From: Mizuhopecten yessoensis | Taxonomy: Eukaryota | DNA length: 64,000 nt | NCBI RefSeq assembly: GCF_002113885.1 | Contig: NW_018408770.1 | Location: 536,115 to 600,114 of the forward strand | Reading direction: 5' to 3' | Part shown: positions 12,501 through 27,500 of the stretch, piece by piece | Layout of the letters: each line of letters opens with the position of its first letter | How positions within the stretch are numbered: position 1 is the stretch's first letter | Notes under the pieces: model-generated | What the model saw: the letters and a program-made list of their open reading frames with translations, nothing else | Databases searched by the model: none | Told to the model about the DNA's origin: nothing | Made by a program: the position numbers and the translations under genes

Positions 12501-15500
12501 TAATTCCATTGATAATTCCTTGTTGTGTCTCAAACTTTTATTAGCATGAATAAAAGTTACTTGAGTTTGAAATGTGTGTTAATTTTTAGGCAAAAGAATT
12601 ATACCATACAAGATGTTTAGAGCGGGAAAGACTAAAGAGAGAAAACGCATCTCAAAAAGACATGGAAAAGGTATTCATTCACATATGAATTTTAAATGTT
12701 GTTTTAAATTTTAAAAAATAAAAAATAAAAACATGTCACATGGTTGTGTGATACAATAAACATTCTAAATATCTGAAAATTAGGTCCAAACTCAGTCTAG
12801 TGTGAAATCGGAGCATTCATAATGTGCATTTGAGAAATATTGGTTTATGAAGTATTGTAAATATGTTAAAGAATGTGAAATCTGTCGAGTATAAAATAAA
12901 AAAATAATCATGTTATGTAATATAAGGACTCATAAACATGATAATCTTTACACTGGTATCTTCTTTACTCAGCAATCGTGTTGTTTCCTTTTTTTATTTC
13001 AGGCGGAAATAAAATGTAAAAAAGCTAGTAAGTATGAGAAGATCAGACAATAATAGTTCATCAACACTGTTATAGATAGAAATGAATACATTACAGGTGA
13101 TATTTCTGACTTTATCACAGAAACTACTTGCAGCTCTAAATGTACCTACCTAGATATGGCTGCCTAGTAACAGTGATTAATTCACTTAAGGATTGAATTG
13201 TTAAAAAATATAAGAACATATTTTGAGTTTCTTGATATTTTAAAAATTATGGTGGATATTTCAATAATTTTTTTCACAACTGTGTATCACAAATGTGGCA
13301 AAAGATACAAAAAATCTGTCTCCTGCCAAATTTTTAGAGGCATGGATTCTGTAGTATAATGCTACAAGTGAACATGTCACAATTGGCAAGGCCGATTGTG
13401 TCTTATTTCCACACTAAATACTAACCTTGGATTACTTGGTTTAATGTGATTTTTTTGTGTCTTTGTAACATTCATTAGCATGTGTTTATGATAACATGAC
13501 AGTTATCAGGCTAAGTTACCAGACTTTAGGACCTGTACCATGTTATTAAAAGATACAAACGTATCCTTCATATTGTATAATATACATTTAGTAACTTTCT
13601 GGCATAAATTCATGTTTAGAAAGATAATCACTTAAGTTATACATAGTTTATAACAGCTAATACTTGAAATTTCTTTTACAGGTGACGATTATAAAAATTT
13701 AGTGGATAAATATGCAACTGTTAGAAATGAATTTGAAACAAAAATGTTGGGATCTTGTAAGGTAAGTGGATGTGTGGTATGCCTATATACATGTCAACGA
13801 AATTTTGTTTTACAATATACAAAACTGGGTTTCTATATTATAATGATAGGTGTTAAGGCAATCACATTTAAAAACGTCTTTATAAAATGAAATACTACTT
13901 TTTGTTCTCTAAATTCTCTAAAACCAGTGTGATGACTTCTATGTCGGCCAACTATTGGTTGTGTGTGAGTATTTTCTGGTTGCCATGGTTACTGGAATGG
14001 ATGCCACTTTGAGCCCTGTTATTCACATGTTGATGTTTTAAATACAGTATGTGATATTTGTGTTCATGTTTAAATACAGTATGTGATATTTGTGTTAATG
14101 ATTTAAATACAGTATGTGATATTTGTGTTAATGTTTTAAATACAGTATGTGATATTTGTGTTAATGTTTTAAGTATATGATATTTTGTTCAGCACTTCCA
14201 AGAGCTACAGGAAGAACATATATGTCAGATGAAGGACTTTATTGATACCTACGCCAGAGCCTGGGAAAGTGAACATGCACTGATAGGCCAGGTAGGTCTT
14301 ATATAGATGTTGTGTATACGTAACAACCATGATCTGAGGCCATCGTACTGAAGGAAATACTCTATAATTATTGTGTCCCATTGCAAAGCAAATATGTTCT
14401 GGGCTGAAATATTTTCATACAGTAAATCTTAAATATTATATGTACTTTCATGTCCTGGAAAGTATGCATCCCAACCCCCAGATGAAATAGATGGAGCTAA
14501 GGTTTTACCATTATAGAATGCACTATGGATTTCATATTTTTTTTCAAATAGAATAATTTTTATTTTGTTAATAAATAAGTAAACAATTAATTTTCTGTTT
14601 GTTTTAGGTACACAAAGAATTCAAAGCAAGCTGTGATGAATTATCTGTACAAAAGTTACTAGAAAATTTTATTGCTTCCAAAAAGACAGGAACAGAAAAA
14701 CCAGGTAAGGACAGATAGTTCCTCTGTCAGTCACAGTGTTGTTTGGACCATTCTTTTGAAACACATATAAGATGGTGGGAAAGCAATTAAGACATAGATT
14801 TGATGGGTGCACTTAGTCCTAAGATATATTGATCATGTATTTTCCAGAGTTACATGTATCAGCTATTTTGTAATGGGAGGGTGGATTTAACCCTGAAGAG
14901 CTCATCAGACTTAATGGTGAATAATGTTGATAAAGCTTCAGTGACCTGCTATTCTACTTAACCTTTTAGTAGTCATTACACAAAATAAGGCCATATTCTG
15001 AAAGCTTGTGACTGACCTCACAATGGGATAACAGTGTCCCCTTATTGAACTAAAGTCACTGAAATGTTACTTCACACTGTTGGGCTGAAAAAAATGCCTT
15101 CTGTCAGAGAGTAGCCTGTTGTTATGGTAGTTTGCATCTTAAACAATTTACTAGTAGGTTGTTCTATTTTTAAGTGCCCTCAAGCCACCTCCCCTATATG
15201 TTATAATGGAACAGTCCTTTTGTTGTCAGATGAGTGTGTTGTATAGCAATGACATGATTTGAGTGGTTGTGTAAGATTTGAGTAGGGGTGTTTGTGAAGT
15301 GGAGGTCAAGTTTATACCTAGCTTGTAGGGTGTTAATGTATGTGACATCCTGCTGGATGCCACAACCTATTTGTGTCATTACTCTTGCAATATTAAACCT
15401 TGTACATATACACTGTTCCCTAGGTCCCTGAATAGTATGTGTAAATGTTTTTCTGCAGACCTGTCTGACTTTTTTGATATATTTTTTGTCGGCGTAACTT

Positions 15501-18500
15501 CACACCTTAAGCCAAAAGACACCTTGCCTTGTTGTGTATGCTGCCATTCAACTGCTGTGATGTTATACTATATCTTTTGTAGATACAGGTGACCAGACTG
15601 CAGAGATGTGTCTTTCAATGCTTTGATAGTTATCAAATCAGTTTTCCTTATTTTTTTTAAATCTTTTCTGTTTGAAATTAATTTTTATTCAGGTTTAAAT
15701 TTTCTTTTTCTGCCAACATCTTTTGAAAATCTGAAATTTTAACTTCACTTTCTTTAAGTGTGACTTTTTTGTGTTTTATCATTTGATGTGATTTCTTCAA
15801 ACACTCTTCTACAATTTTTTCTAAATACATGAATCATTCATTAATATCAGAATGTGAAGAAGTTATACTTACTGGATATTCTTTCACTGAATGACTTGGT
15901 CAGTGTATGTGTTTAAACATAGCTGTGTATAAACGTCTGACACTTTGTTCCACCTTTTCTCGTTTGCTAGTCATGCGTTGTTGGGAGTACACAGGTACCT
16001 ATCGTCCTACTTACCATAGCTGTGATGTTTAATGTTGTAAACTTTGTTTAAGACTATGATATGTTGGTATGGATTAGTAGTCTATAACCATAAAAACTGG
16101 ATGCAATGTGATGTTAAGCTTTTAACTAATGAGAGGTGTTGGAATGGCAAACTATCTGAAGTCTGTAAAAACTACATTTTTCAATGAAAAAAATATTGCA
16201 ACAGCAAAATTAATAGTAGGCAAATTATCTTAAATTTTTAGCCCACCATCATCTGATGGTGGGCTATTCAAATCACCCTGCGTCCGTGGTCCGTCGCCCG
16301 TCCGTTGTCTTTCGTCCGTCGTCCGTCCGTAAACAATTCTTGTTATCAGTATTTCTCAAGAAGTACCAGAGGGATCTTTCTCAAATTTTATATGCAGGTT
16401 CCCCTTGGTCCTTAGCTGTGCAGGGAAACTTTTGAGACTGATTGGATAAACAACATGGCCGACAGGCAGCCATCTTGGATTTTGATAGTGAAAGTTTGTT
16501 ATCGCTATTTCTCAAGAAGTACTAGAGGGATCTTTCTCAAATTTTATATGTACGTTCCCCTTGGTCTTTAGCTGTGCAGGGCAACTTTTGAGACTGATCG
16601 GATAAACAACATGGCCGACGGGTAGTCATCTTGGATTTTGATAGTGTGGGTTTGTTACCGCTATTTCTCCGGAAGAACTAGAGGGATCTTTCTTAAATTT
16701 TATATGTAGGTTCCCTTGGTCCTAGCTGTGCAGGGCAATTTTAGAGACTGATCGGATAAACAACATGGCCGACAGGCAGCCATCTTGGATTTTGATAGTG
16801 AAAGTTTGTTATCGCTATTTCTCGGGAAGTACGGGAGGGATCTTTCTCAAATTTTAAATGTAGGTTCCCCTTGATCCCTCGTTGTGTATGTTATATTTTG
16901 AGACTGATCATAAAAACAAAATGGATTAAAAGAAGAACTAAACAGATCTTTCTCATATTGCAATGATCGATTCTATTTCTTTCACATTAAGTACTGTACT
17001 AGTAAATATGTGAAATGACAAACTCACTTTGAAGGTTGGCTTTCATACACATCAGTATTAAGTTTAGATCAAAAGTTACCTCAAGGTGCATTTACCGTTA
17101 ACATGACTCGATCGAACAGATTAGAGGAAAGAAGAGAAAAGATCGAACTGACAAAGAACTAATGAAGATGGTACAACGGTGGGCGCCAAGATCCCTTGGG
17201 ATCTTGTTAGAAAACTGAAAGTGGTTTGATATTGTGGAAAATTATATTTTTATCCCTACCTTTTGCGAAGTGGTGGTCATTGTTGTTTTTCACAATAATC
17301 CATCCCACAATACTGTTTTCTCACTGATTTGATTTTTAACAATTACAAGGTATGCATAGTAGGCATATTATAGTAATCCTCCACCACAACAAAAAAAACA
17401 GTTCCTCAAATCCGGTTGGCTGTCACAGCCAGGGCCTTACATTTCACGCTTATTTTTGTTATTGCTGCCACTGCATGGACTTTGATTAAGAAAACTTTCT
17501 GAAATTTATATTTGATAAATATGGCTGTCTATTCCCAGTGTGTTTCACCAATAGGACAATTTAACCTCATTCTTTTTCCTTGCATGCTACTATTTTCCTT
17601 CTTGCTTGCCTCACCATCGAGATGTTACTACATGGCTATTTAGTAAAACCACTGACTAGATGTGTTAGAACTATTGTGGTGTACATTTCTAGATGTGGCG
17701 TGGGGTTCTGGGTCGGTGAAATGTGGTGCTAGGACAGCAGATTTTGTACAGTGAATTATTTTTCATTGTCAATATGGTGAAGCAAGAACTAATAACTGGT
17801 CCCTCAAGGTGGACGTCTCTCATCTTACACATAGATATGAGAGAATAATATAATCTTTCCCCACCTTGGGGTAAGACAGAAAAATCCCAACCCAAGGGGT
17901 AAGATTTTGAAATGTCTAGCCCGAGGCTTTGCCAAGGGCCAGACTTGCAAGAATCTTACACCGAGGGTAAGTTGGGAATGATTATTTTGCTCTTACATCG
18001 AATACAAGTGGTAATTTTATGAAATACAGATGTTGATTTCATAATTTCCAGCAAATCAGAGTATCGGTGATCTGCAATTGTTGACGTGATGTCATACAAT
18101 TGTAATGACAGGTAAATCCCCCTGTCTTTATAATTACCCCATAGCTAGGGATCTCTGACTGGAAGTGCGGATTTCACTGTCTAATGGGGGAGAACTACCT
18201 ATCTTACCCACAAATGTATGAGAGAATTGGTGTCTAATGGGGGAGAACTACCTATCTTACCCACAAAGGTATGAGATAATTGGTGTCTAATGGGGGAGAA
18301 CTATTTATCTTACCCACAAAGGTATGAGATAATTGGTGTCTAATGGGGGACAACTACCTATCTTACCCACAAAGGTATGAGAGAATTGGTGTCCAATGGG
18401 GGAGAAGTACCTATCTTCCGCACAAAGGCATGAGAGAATTGGTGTCTAATGGGGGAGAACTAACTATCTTACCCACAAAGGTATGAGAGAATTGGTGTCT

Positions 18501-21500
18501 AATGGGGGAGAAGTACCTATCTTCCGCACAAAGGTATGAGAGAATTGGTGTCTAATGGGGGAGAACTACCTATCTTACCCACAAAGGTATGAGAGAATTG
18601 GTGTCTAATGGGGGAGAAGTACCTATCTTACCCACATAGATATGAGAGAATTGGTGTCTAATGGGGAAGAAGTACCTATCTTACCCACAAAGGTATGAGA
18701 TAATTGGTGTCTAATGGGGGAGAACTAGCTATCTTACCCACAAAGGTATGATAGAATTGGTGTCTAATAGGGGAGAAGTACATATCTTACCCACAAAGGT
18801 ATGAGATAATTGGTGTCTAATGGGGCAGAACTACCTATCTTACCCACAAAGGTATGATAGAATTGGTGTCTAATAGGGGAGAAGTACATATCTTACCCAC
18901 AAAGGTATGAGAGAATTGCTGTCTCATAGGGGAGAAGTACCTATCTTACCCACGTAGATATGAGAGAATTGGTGTCTAATGGAGGAGAAGTACCTATCTT
19001 ACCCACATAGATATGAGAGAATTGGTGTATAATGGGGAAGAAGTACCTATCTTACCCACAAAGGGATGAGATAATTGGTGTCTAATGGGGCAGAACTACC
19101 TATCTTACCCACAAAGGGATGAGATAATTGGTGTCTAATGGGGGAGAACTAGCTATCTTACCCACAAAGGTATGAGAGCATTGGTGTCTAATGGGGGAGA
19201 AGAACCTATCTTACCCACATAGATATGAGAGAATGGGTGTCTAATGGGGGAAAACTACCTATCTTACCCACAAAGGTATGAGAGAATTGGTGTCTAATGG
19301 GGGAAAACTACCTATCTTACCCACAAAGGTATGAGAGAATTGGCTATGTGCCCCATCACTCTGCTTTACTAGGAGCTTGTATTAGTCACAGTCAGTGTGG
19401 GGTTTTTGTGGCAGTGATTAACATGCTTTTCATCAGTTTGATCAGGTATTGGTAGGATGTAATGTTTTAATTTTGTGAAGGAAACAGTCTGTTTTCTACC
19501 TCTGATATTGGAATTTTGTGAAGGAAACAGTCTGTTTTCTACCTCAGATATTGGAATTTTGCAAGATATTCAAAATTACTAGAGTATTGTCCTTAAAAGG
19601 GATAACAAATATTACCCAAATCGAAATCTTGAATTTGTCCTAAATTGAAGACCATAATTTTAAATTTACACAAACAAGGACAGTTTTATTGACCAGAAAT
19701 TCTAGATAGAACTTTGCTTCAAAAGAAAAAATGTTCCAAAGATACAAAACACTGAATTGAATTTCAAAGGCAAGCAATAATCAAGGCTTGAAATTGTCTT
19801 GTACACAATATGTTAGTCGTAGCATTGTCAGTCATAGATGGTTACCTGGTCATTTGATTGTTAATTTGTACATAACTCTATCAGCTGCTAATCACTAAAG
19901 AAATGATAATTGTTTGTCTCCTTCAGGTCCAATAGAGTTTGTGGAACCAGACCTTTCGAGTCTGCAAGCCCCTCGCCCTATGTCACCCGAGCCCAATGAC
20001 AAACGTGAGAGCTTCTCTGAGAAGCGTGGACAAGGTAAGCCTCGTTTTCACACATTTTCCATTGATGTTTATGCTTTAAAAGTGGCATACATTTATCTTT
20101 TAATATTTTATAGTTTTATGGGTGGACGGATGTTGTAACTCTAATATGTAACACCTAGTTGTTCTCCGTCCCAAGCTCGACACTAAGTCTCATCTTTGTT
20201 CAGTTCATCATTGGTGATTTATATGTTCTCTAATTGCTCTTTTTTTAAAGTATTTTACTTCAATATTTAACAGCTAAAAACAAAAAATAAAAAAGGAAAA
20301 TCTGATGGGGGGGTGGGGAAACGAAAACAATAACAAACTTAAATGCTGTATTAGTGAGAGAACAGCTTGGTATACCTAACATTTAATGGTGATTTTGTGT
20401 TTAAATAGTAGATTCTCAATGAGTTTCTCCTTACTGTGATCAATTATGATCAAATGTCTAGATCTAGTTGCTTTGGAATTTCCCATTTTCGGTATCTGTT
20501 TTAGAAATTGTCTTTTTTCCTAACCGAATGTCTAATTCCAATTCCTAGATTACATCAGGAAACAAATCAGGACAGCAAAGTTGTTAATAATTGAACAAAT
20601 TCGCAATAATTCTAACAACAAATCACCATGGTATTTACTGCAAACTAATCCATAAACAATGCTGAATAGTTAACTACTAACATCGCAGCATGGAGTAGGG
20701 TTCAGAGGTCATTTAACGTGTCCTTTATCAGCCATCAAAGAGGACATTCACAAGCTTCCTATGTGGACTGTTATACCAAATATATAAAAGTAAAAACTGA
20801 CCAGTTATACCAAATATATACAGGTATGAACTGACCAGTTATACCAACTGTATACAGGTATGAACTGACCAGTTATACCAACTGTATACAGGTATGAACT
20901 GACCAGTTATACCAACTATATACAGGTATGAACTGACCAGTTATACCAACTGTATACAGGTATGAACTGACCAGTTATACCAACTGTATACAGGTATAAA
21001 TGACCAGTTATACTAGCTATATGAGGTATAAACTGACCAGCTATACCAACTGTATTCATGTTTAAACTGACCAGTTATACCTGCTGTTTACAGGTATGAA
21101 CTGACCAGTTATACCAACTATATACAGGTATAAATGACCAGTTATACCAACTATATATAGGTATAAACTGACCAGTTATACCAGCTATATATAGGTCTAA
21201 ATTGACCATAATGATAGCTCAGACTAACATGTATATAAGACGTTTGATGTCTTAGGGGATGACTATTATAGGCTTTTCTTTTCCTTTTCAGATTCTACTT
21301 CTGCTTCTAAAGCTCAACGTACATGTATGCCTTCAGTTTTATACTTTAATTCTCAATAATTTGTCTATGTATAGTAAGAATTACAACATGGTTCCACATG
21401 TTGCATGCACTTTACCAAATGACTGCTGTAAATGAGTAGACCATTGCACCTTCTCTCATCAGCAGTGAATCCCTCCCAGAACGTTCCCCCAACACTATAA

Positions 21501-24500
21501 ACAGCCTGCATAAACCAGTCAGCATCACTCGTGTAGCATCAGACGTGGTGGGCATGTTCAAATAGGAAAAGTTACAATAAATTTTACGATCGTTCTTACC
21601 AACTGACGATAAATTTTACGATCGTTCATACCAATTCATTATAAGACAGAGTGTTTCATTTTTTCACTTAATTTAAGATAACCATACAGCTTTTCATTCT
21701 TTTTTGTTTGGAATTTTCTATCGTAATTAAAATGTATTGTAATACAGATGTAGGTGAAATTTCCATATGAAATATTTTGTCGTAGATTGCCTTAAGTAGG
21801 TATTCAGTGTTCTGTTGTCGTTAACACTAATTGTAACATTATGTAAGTATGGTTGCACTTGTTCTGCTGCTGTAGCAGACATCATTTACTACAGAAGAAT
21901 GCTGAATAAAGGATGTTGGTTGTAAAAGATGTAGAATAAACAATATTTGTGTATTAATAATATGTGAAAGATTGGTAAAACTGAGAGTTAAGACGATATA
22001 GAAATTTACAAATACAGATACTAGTTTCTTTGAGAGCAAATGGTGTGAGAAATTCCAATCAAGTGAGTAACAGAATTGACATGCTTTTTTCCCTGATTGT
22101 CTTCTCCTTCCAGACTCCAGTGGGAGTCCCAGTCCGGTCTTGTCCGACCAACCGGGTCCTCTCAGTCGCAGTGTAAAGCTCCGCGTGTCCAGGACATGTA
22201 ATGATTTCCTCTGTTTTGTTGTGGGTTTGATGTGTGCGCTGTGTCTGTCCAGCCGTCTGTATTGTACAGTAGCCCCCAGTTGACAGCGTTTAATAAGTAG
22301 TTTTCATTAATTTGCTGGTGCTGTAACATGTAGTCTGCATGATCTAACTCAACTCGGCATAGGTGATCACCCATGTACGTAGGATCTGCTGCGTTGGAGG
22401 GTGGGACCTAGTGGTCAGGAACACCCTAGCATGATCAAGGGAATAGTGTTGGAGGGTGGGACCTAGTGGTCAGGAACACCCTAGCTTGATCAAGGGAATA
22501 GTGCTACAGATCACAGCGCTTGTATTTATGTGCACTTTTAATTAATTTGCAAACAAAATGGAAACAATCCATTATGGGGCAAATTTATATCTGAACAGGA
22601 CTTGCAGCAATGTTAGAAGTATATATTTTTGTAAAGGATGATAGAGATAGCTAATAATGTAATGTGGACAGATCACTGTGTATAGATATCAAATAAAAAT
22701 GCATTGAAAGCATAAGGGTACAGGCTGTATTACTAGACTGGGCAATATCATGACCATAAAACCTATTGCCAGAATTTGGTCTTGGAACTGAATGATCGTT
22801 GTTAGGAATTTTGGTCATGTTAGGGTAAAAAATGTTACAGCAAGAGGGATGCAGATGTCTAAAGATTGATGCAGGTTGTTATGTACTTTGGAGGTATGGG
22901 AATGGTAAAATAGGAATATAAAGGGAAGTGTTGTAAGGGTACCTGGTATATTTTATAATGCAATTAGGTCTGGAAGTAAAGGTTAATAAGGGGATGTTTG
23001 GGTTGAATACTAAATGGCAGGTAGAGGTCGTGGAATAAGAATGCCAGAAATACTTATATTACAAGGTACAAGGAAGCTAGTGCTCTATTATGTTACAGGG
23101 TACAAGGAAACTAGTGCTCTATTATATTACAAGGTACAAGGAAGCTAGTGCTCTATTATGTTACTGGGTACAAGGAAGCTAGTGCTCTATTATGTTACAA
23201 GGTACAAGGAAGCTAGTGCTCTATTATGTTACAAGGTACAAGGAAGCTAGTGCTCTATTATGTTACAGGGTACAAGGAAGCTAGTGCTCTATTATGTTAC
23301 AGGGTACAAGGAAGCTAGTGCTCTATTATGTTACAGGGTACAAGGAAGCTAGTGCTCTATTATGTTACAGGGTACAAGGAAGCTAGTGCTCTATTATGTT
23401 ACAGGGTACAAGGAAGCTAGTGCTCTATTATGTTACAGGGTACAAGGAAGCTAGTGCTCTATTATGTTACAGGGTACAAGGAAGCTAGTGCTCTATTATG
23501 TTACAGGGTACAAGGAAGCTAGTGCTCTATTATGTTACAGGGTACAAGGAAGCTAGTGCTCTATTATGTTACAGGGTACAAGGAAGCTAGTGCTCTATTA
23601 TGTTACAGGGTACAAGGAAGCTAGTGCTCTATTATGTTACAGGGTACAAGGAAGCTAGTGCTCTATTATGTTACAGGGTACAAGGAAGCTAGTGCTCTAT
23701 TATGTTACAGGGTACAAGGAAGCTAGTGCTCTATTATGTTACAGGGTACAAGGAAGCTAGTGCTCTATTATGTTACAGGGTACAAGGAAGCTAGTGCTCT
23801 ATTATGTTACAGGGTACAAGGAAGCTAGTGCTCTATTATGTTACAGGGTACAAGGAAGCTAGTGCTCTATTATGTTACAGGGTACAAGGAAGCTAGTGCT
23901 CTATTATGTTACAGGGTACAAGGAAGCTAGTGCTCTATTATGTTACAGGGTACAAGGAAGCTAGTGCTCTATTATGTTACAGGGTACAAGGAAGCTAGTG
24001 CTCTATTATGTTACAGGGTACAAGGAAGCTAGTGCTCTATTATGTTACAGGGTACAAGGAAGCTAGTGCTCTATTATGTTACAGGGTACAAGGAAGCTAG
24101 TGCTCTATTATGTTACAGGGTACAAGGAAGCTAGTGCTCTATTATGTTACAGGGTACAAGGAAGCTAGTGCTCTAGACAAAACTAGGCAGCCCTATCATA
24201 GATTGGTGTACATGATATAACTGTATTCGACTTAATTAGCACCCAAAGCACTTTACAGATCCCCTCCCCCCAAAAATAAAAAATAAAAATTGGGGGATAT
24301 GGAGGTCGAGGTTGCTATTAAGAAGGCTTCATAAGTGTGAATATTTGTTTAAACAGTCATAGTTTCATTAATGTAGAAAAGGCCACCACCAACGATATAG
24401 AATACCCATTGCTAAAAGATAAAAGCAATATTTCTGATTGAAATCTTAAGTTGAGTGTAAAATCTCTGCTTGTTACCTTCCTACTTGGTACTCTTTTTTT

Positions 24501-27500
24501 CTGATATGTGAAATAGTTTGTTGTTGAAACAAACTGCGTTGAAGATGGAACAAATTTCTAGGATATATGTAGTAGCTAGAAAGGGGAGGGGCACTTGAAG
24601 GGGAGGGGCACTTGAAGGGGAGGGGCACTTGAAGGGGAGGGGCACTACTTACGTGGAATACAGTAAACATGTTAACAGATGAAGCCAGGTTAATACATTA
24701 CCACTATCGAGGGGGCTAGGCAGCGAAAAAACCATTGACCTTTACAAGCAGCTGTTAACAGTTGTATCATGTGTTAACTATAGAGTCAGGTGTGGTTTGG
24801 TGTAAAGTTGAGATCATGCATGACGGTGGAAGGACAAAACATGTGGAATGGGGACAGGATATCCATATCCTCTAGGGAAAGAGTTGTCAACTTATCTTCA
24901 ATAACACATCTACTAATGAGAATTTTGCACTTATTTTTGCATATTTAAGCATGCTTCACAACTTTTTAAGGATTTTTTTGTGTGAGCCTATTGCTTCAGA
25001 TTATCTGGTTTCCTGCCGTAAATGCCATATTATATGGAAGCTTTGCTATTCTAAAAATGTCTTCAAGGAAACGTACATTTGTATTGCTTAGGGTAATAAC
25101 ACTGCTACTCTATCATAAGAGACTAATTTTATTTCAGTCGATTATCTCTTCCTCCTTTCAATTCATCTGTGACACAGCTGTTATTTCTACTCACAAACCT
25201 TACATGGACAGGCTTAGTAGGAACTCTTTTGCTAGTTGTACCTTATAGTATGGTTTTACTTCTGATTATTCTTTTGTCTGGTGAGATAAAACACCATTAC
25301 ATGAAATCATTTGGTATGTTCTTGTTAGTTGTGTCATCATATGTCATCAATGGTCCTGTTTTGACAATTTTGTCATGACATGTTGCTGCTTGTATTGGGG
25401 TCATGTCATCACGTCATCATTGGTCTTCTTGCAGAAAGTTGTGTCGTCATTGTTCTTGTTACTGACAGCCGTATTACCATGTGTGTCATCGTTGGTCTTG
25501 TTGATGACAGTGGTGTTATCGTTGGGTCTTGTTAATGAAAATTGTGTCATGTCATCATTGGTCTTGTTGATGACAGTTGTGTCAACATATATGTCAGCAT
25601 TGGTCTTGTTGATGACAGTTGTGTCAACATATAGGTCATTATTGGTCTTGTTGATGACAGTTGTGTCAACATATAGGTCATTATTGGTCTTGTTGATGAC
25701 AGTTGTGTCAACATATAGGTCATTATTGGTCTTGTTGATGACAGTTGTGTCATTGTTGGGTCTTGTTAATGAAAGTTGTGTCATGTCATCATTGGTCTTG
25801 TTGATGACAGTTGTGTCACCGTTGGTCTTGTTGATGAAAGTTGTGTCACGTCATCATTGATCTTGTTGATGACAGTTGTGTCAGCATATATGTCATCATT
25901 GGTCTTGTTGATGACAGTTGTGTCATCGTTGGTCTTGTTGATGACAGTTGTATCATTATGTCATGGTTGGTCTTGTTGATGACAGTTGTGTCAACATATA
26001 TGTCACCATTGGTCTTGTTGATGACAGTTGTGTCACCGTTGGTCTTGTTGATGAAAGTTGTGTCACGTCATCATTGGTCTTGTTGATGACAGTTGTGTCA
26101 ACATATATGTCACCATTGGTCTTGTTGATGACAGTTGTGTCATCGTTGGTCTTGTTGATGAAAGTTGTGTCATGTCATCATTGATCTTGTTGATGATAGT
26201 TGTGTCAGCATATATGTCATCATTGATCTTGTTGATGACAGTTGTGTCAGCATATATGTCATCATTGGTCTTGTTGGTGACAGTTGTGTCATCGTTGGTC
26301 TTGTTGATGACAGTTGTGTCGTCATGTCATAGTTGGTCTTGTTGATGACAGTTGTGTCAACATATATGTCATCATTGGTCTTGTTAATGACAGTTGTGTC
26401 ATAGTTGGTCTTGTTGATGACAGGTTTTTTGTCATGTGCATCATTGATGGCCTTTTTTCTGCGACTGTGTCATCAAATGTCATTGTTTGCCAATAACACA
26501 TTGTATGTCATAACAATTTAGTTTGTGCTGCACACAATTCTTATAAGGTGAAGAAGGTAATAGAATATACATACACATTCCAAAACTACGTATAACTGTG
26601 ATAGAATATATTTTACTGTAAAGTGTCAGTTAGGGGATGTTTAGAACTAAGTTTACATGTTTCAATAATAGACTATAAGTTACACAGTGTGAACAGTACA
26701 GGAATGAATATTTACTTACCAAGTTGATGAGTCTGTGAACCATCTCACAGTAAGGTGTTGTAATCAACTCTTATCCATTGATAACCTCAGATGGTGAATT
26801 TTCCCTGGTCTTTGGGTTTTCTGATTCAGTCTTCTTATCAGAATTTTGCAAATTGTAGGCTATAATTAGAAATATGAAATTGTACACCCAGGTCATAGTT
26901 AAGTACTGTTAAGTGGCACTGTCATAAAGAATTTTGCAAATTGTAGGCTATAATTAGAAATATGAAATTGTACACCCAGGCCATAGTTAAGTACTGTTAA
27001 GTGGCACTGTCATAAAGGATGGTCTGTTGTATAGACACGTAGACCTGCTATAAGGTTTATAATACCACACTGACAAGTTGATATAGGATAATTAGGTAGC
27101 AGTATCAATGCTGCTGAAGTTTTGCTGTACTGAGTTGGCTTCCAGCATGTGACAAGCATTATGTCTACAGTACCAGTAGTTGTCAGTCCATCACACATTA
27201 TCTGTGGCCGTTTTACGAAAGGTGTTTTTGCTAATGTTGTAAAAGTATTGACACCAACTCCTTCCATTTGTACACATTTACCTAGCACAAGGTTAAAGTG
27301 TTTCCAAACAAGATGACATAGTGCAAGGAAATGAAATATCTGTCAATAGTTGTAACATATTTATAAGTAGTATCCATGAAATGCTTTTTGTTCAGGTGTA
27401 ATGTTGCCTCAGTATCAGAGTATTATTTCAAAGATACCGTTTAAAGGTATGTATATTGGATAATATATGTGAAAGATTAATATTTTACAAATATAAATGA

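Noticed and set aside
21440-21565. Coding-looking stretch [17 protein letters not shown]...MFK* as an FCHO exon
   Set aside because: The available acceptors do not fit the phase-1 intron and the pyrimidine tract is weak; cannot be supported without RNA data.
25375-26496. Multiple overlapping repetitive ORFs (LVLLMTVVS / [10 protein letters not shown])
   Set aside because: Products of a stop-poor minisatellite; no splice-compatible link to FCHO.
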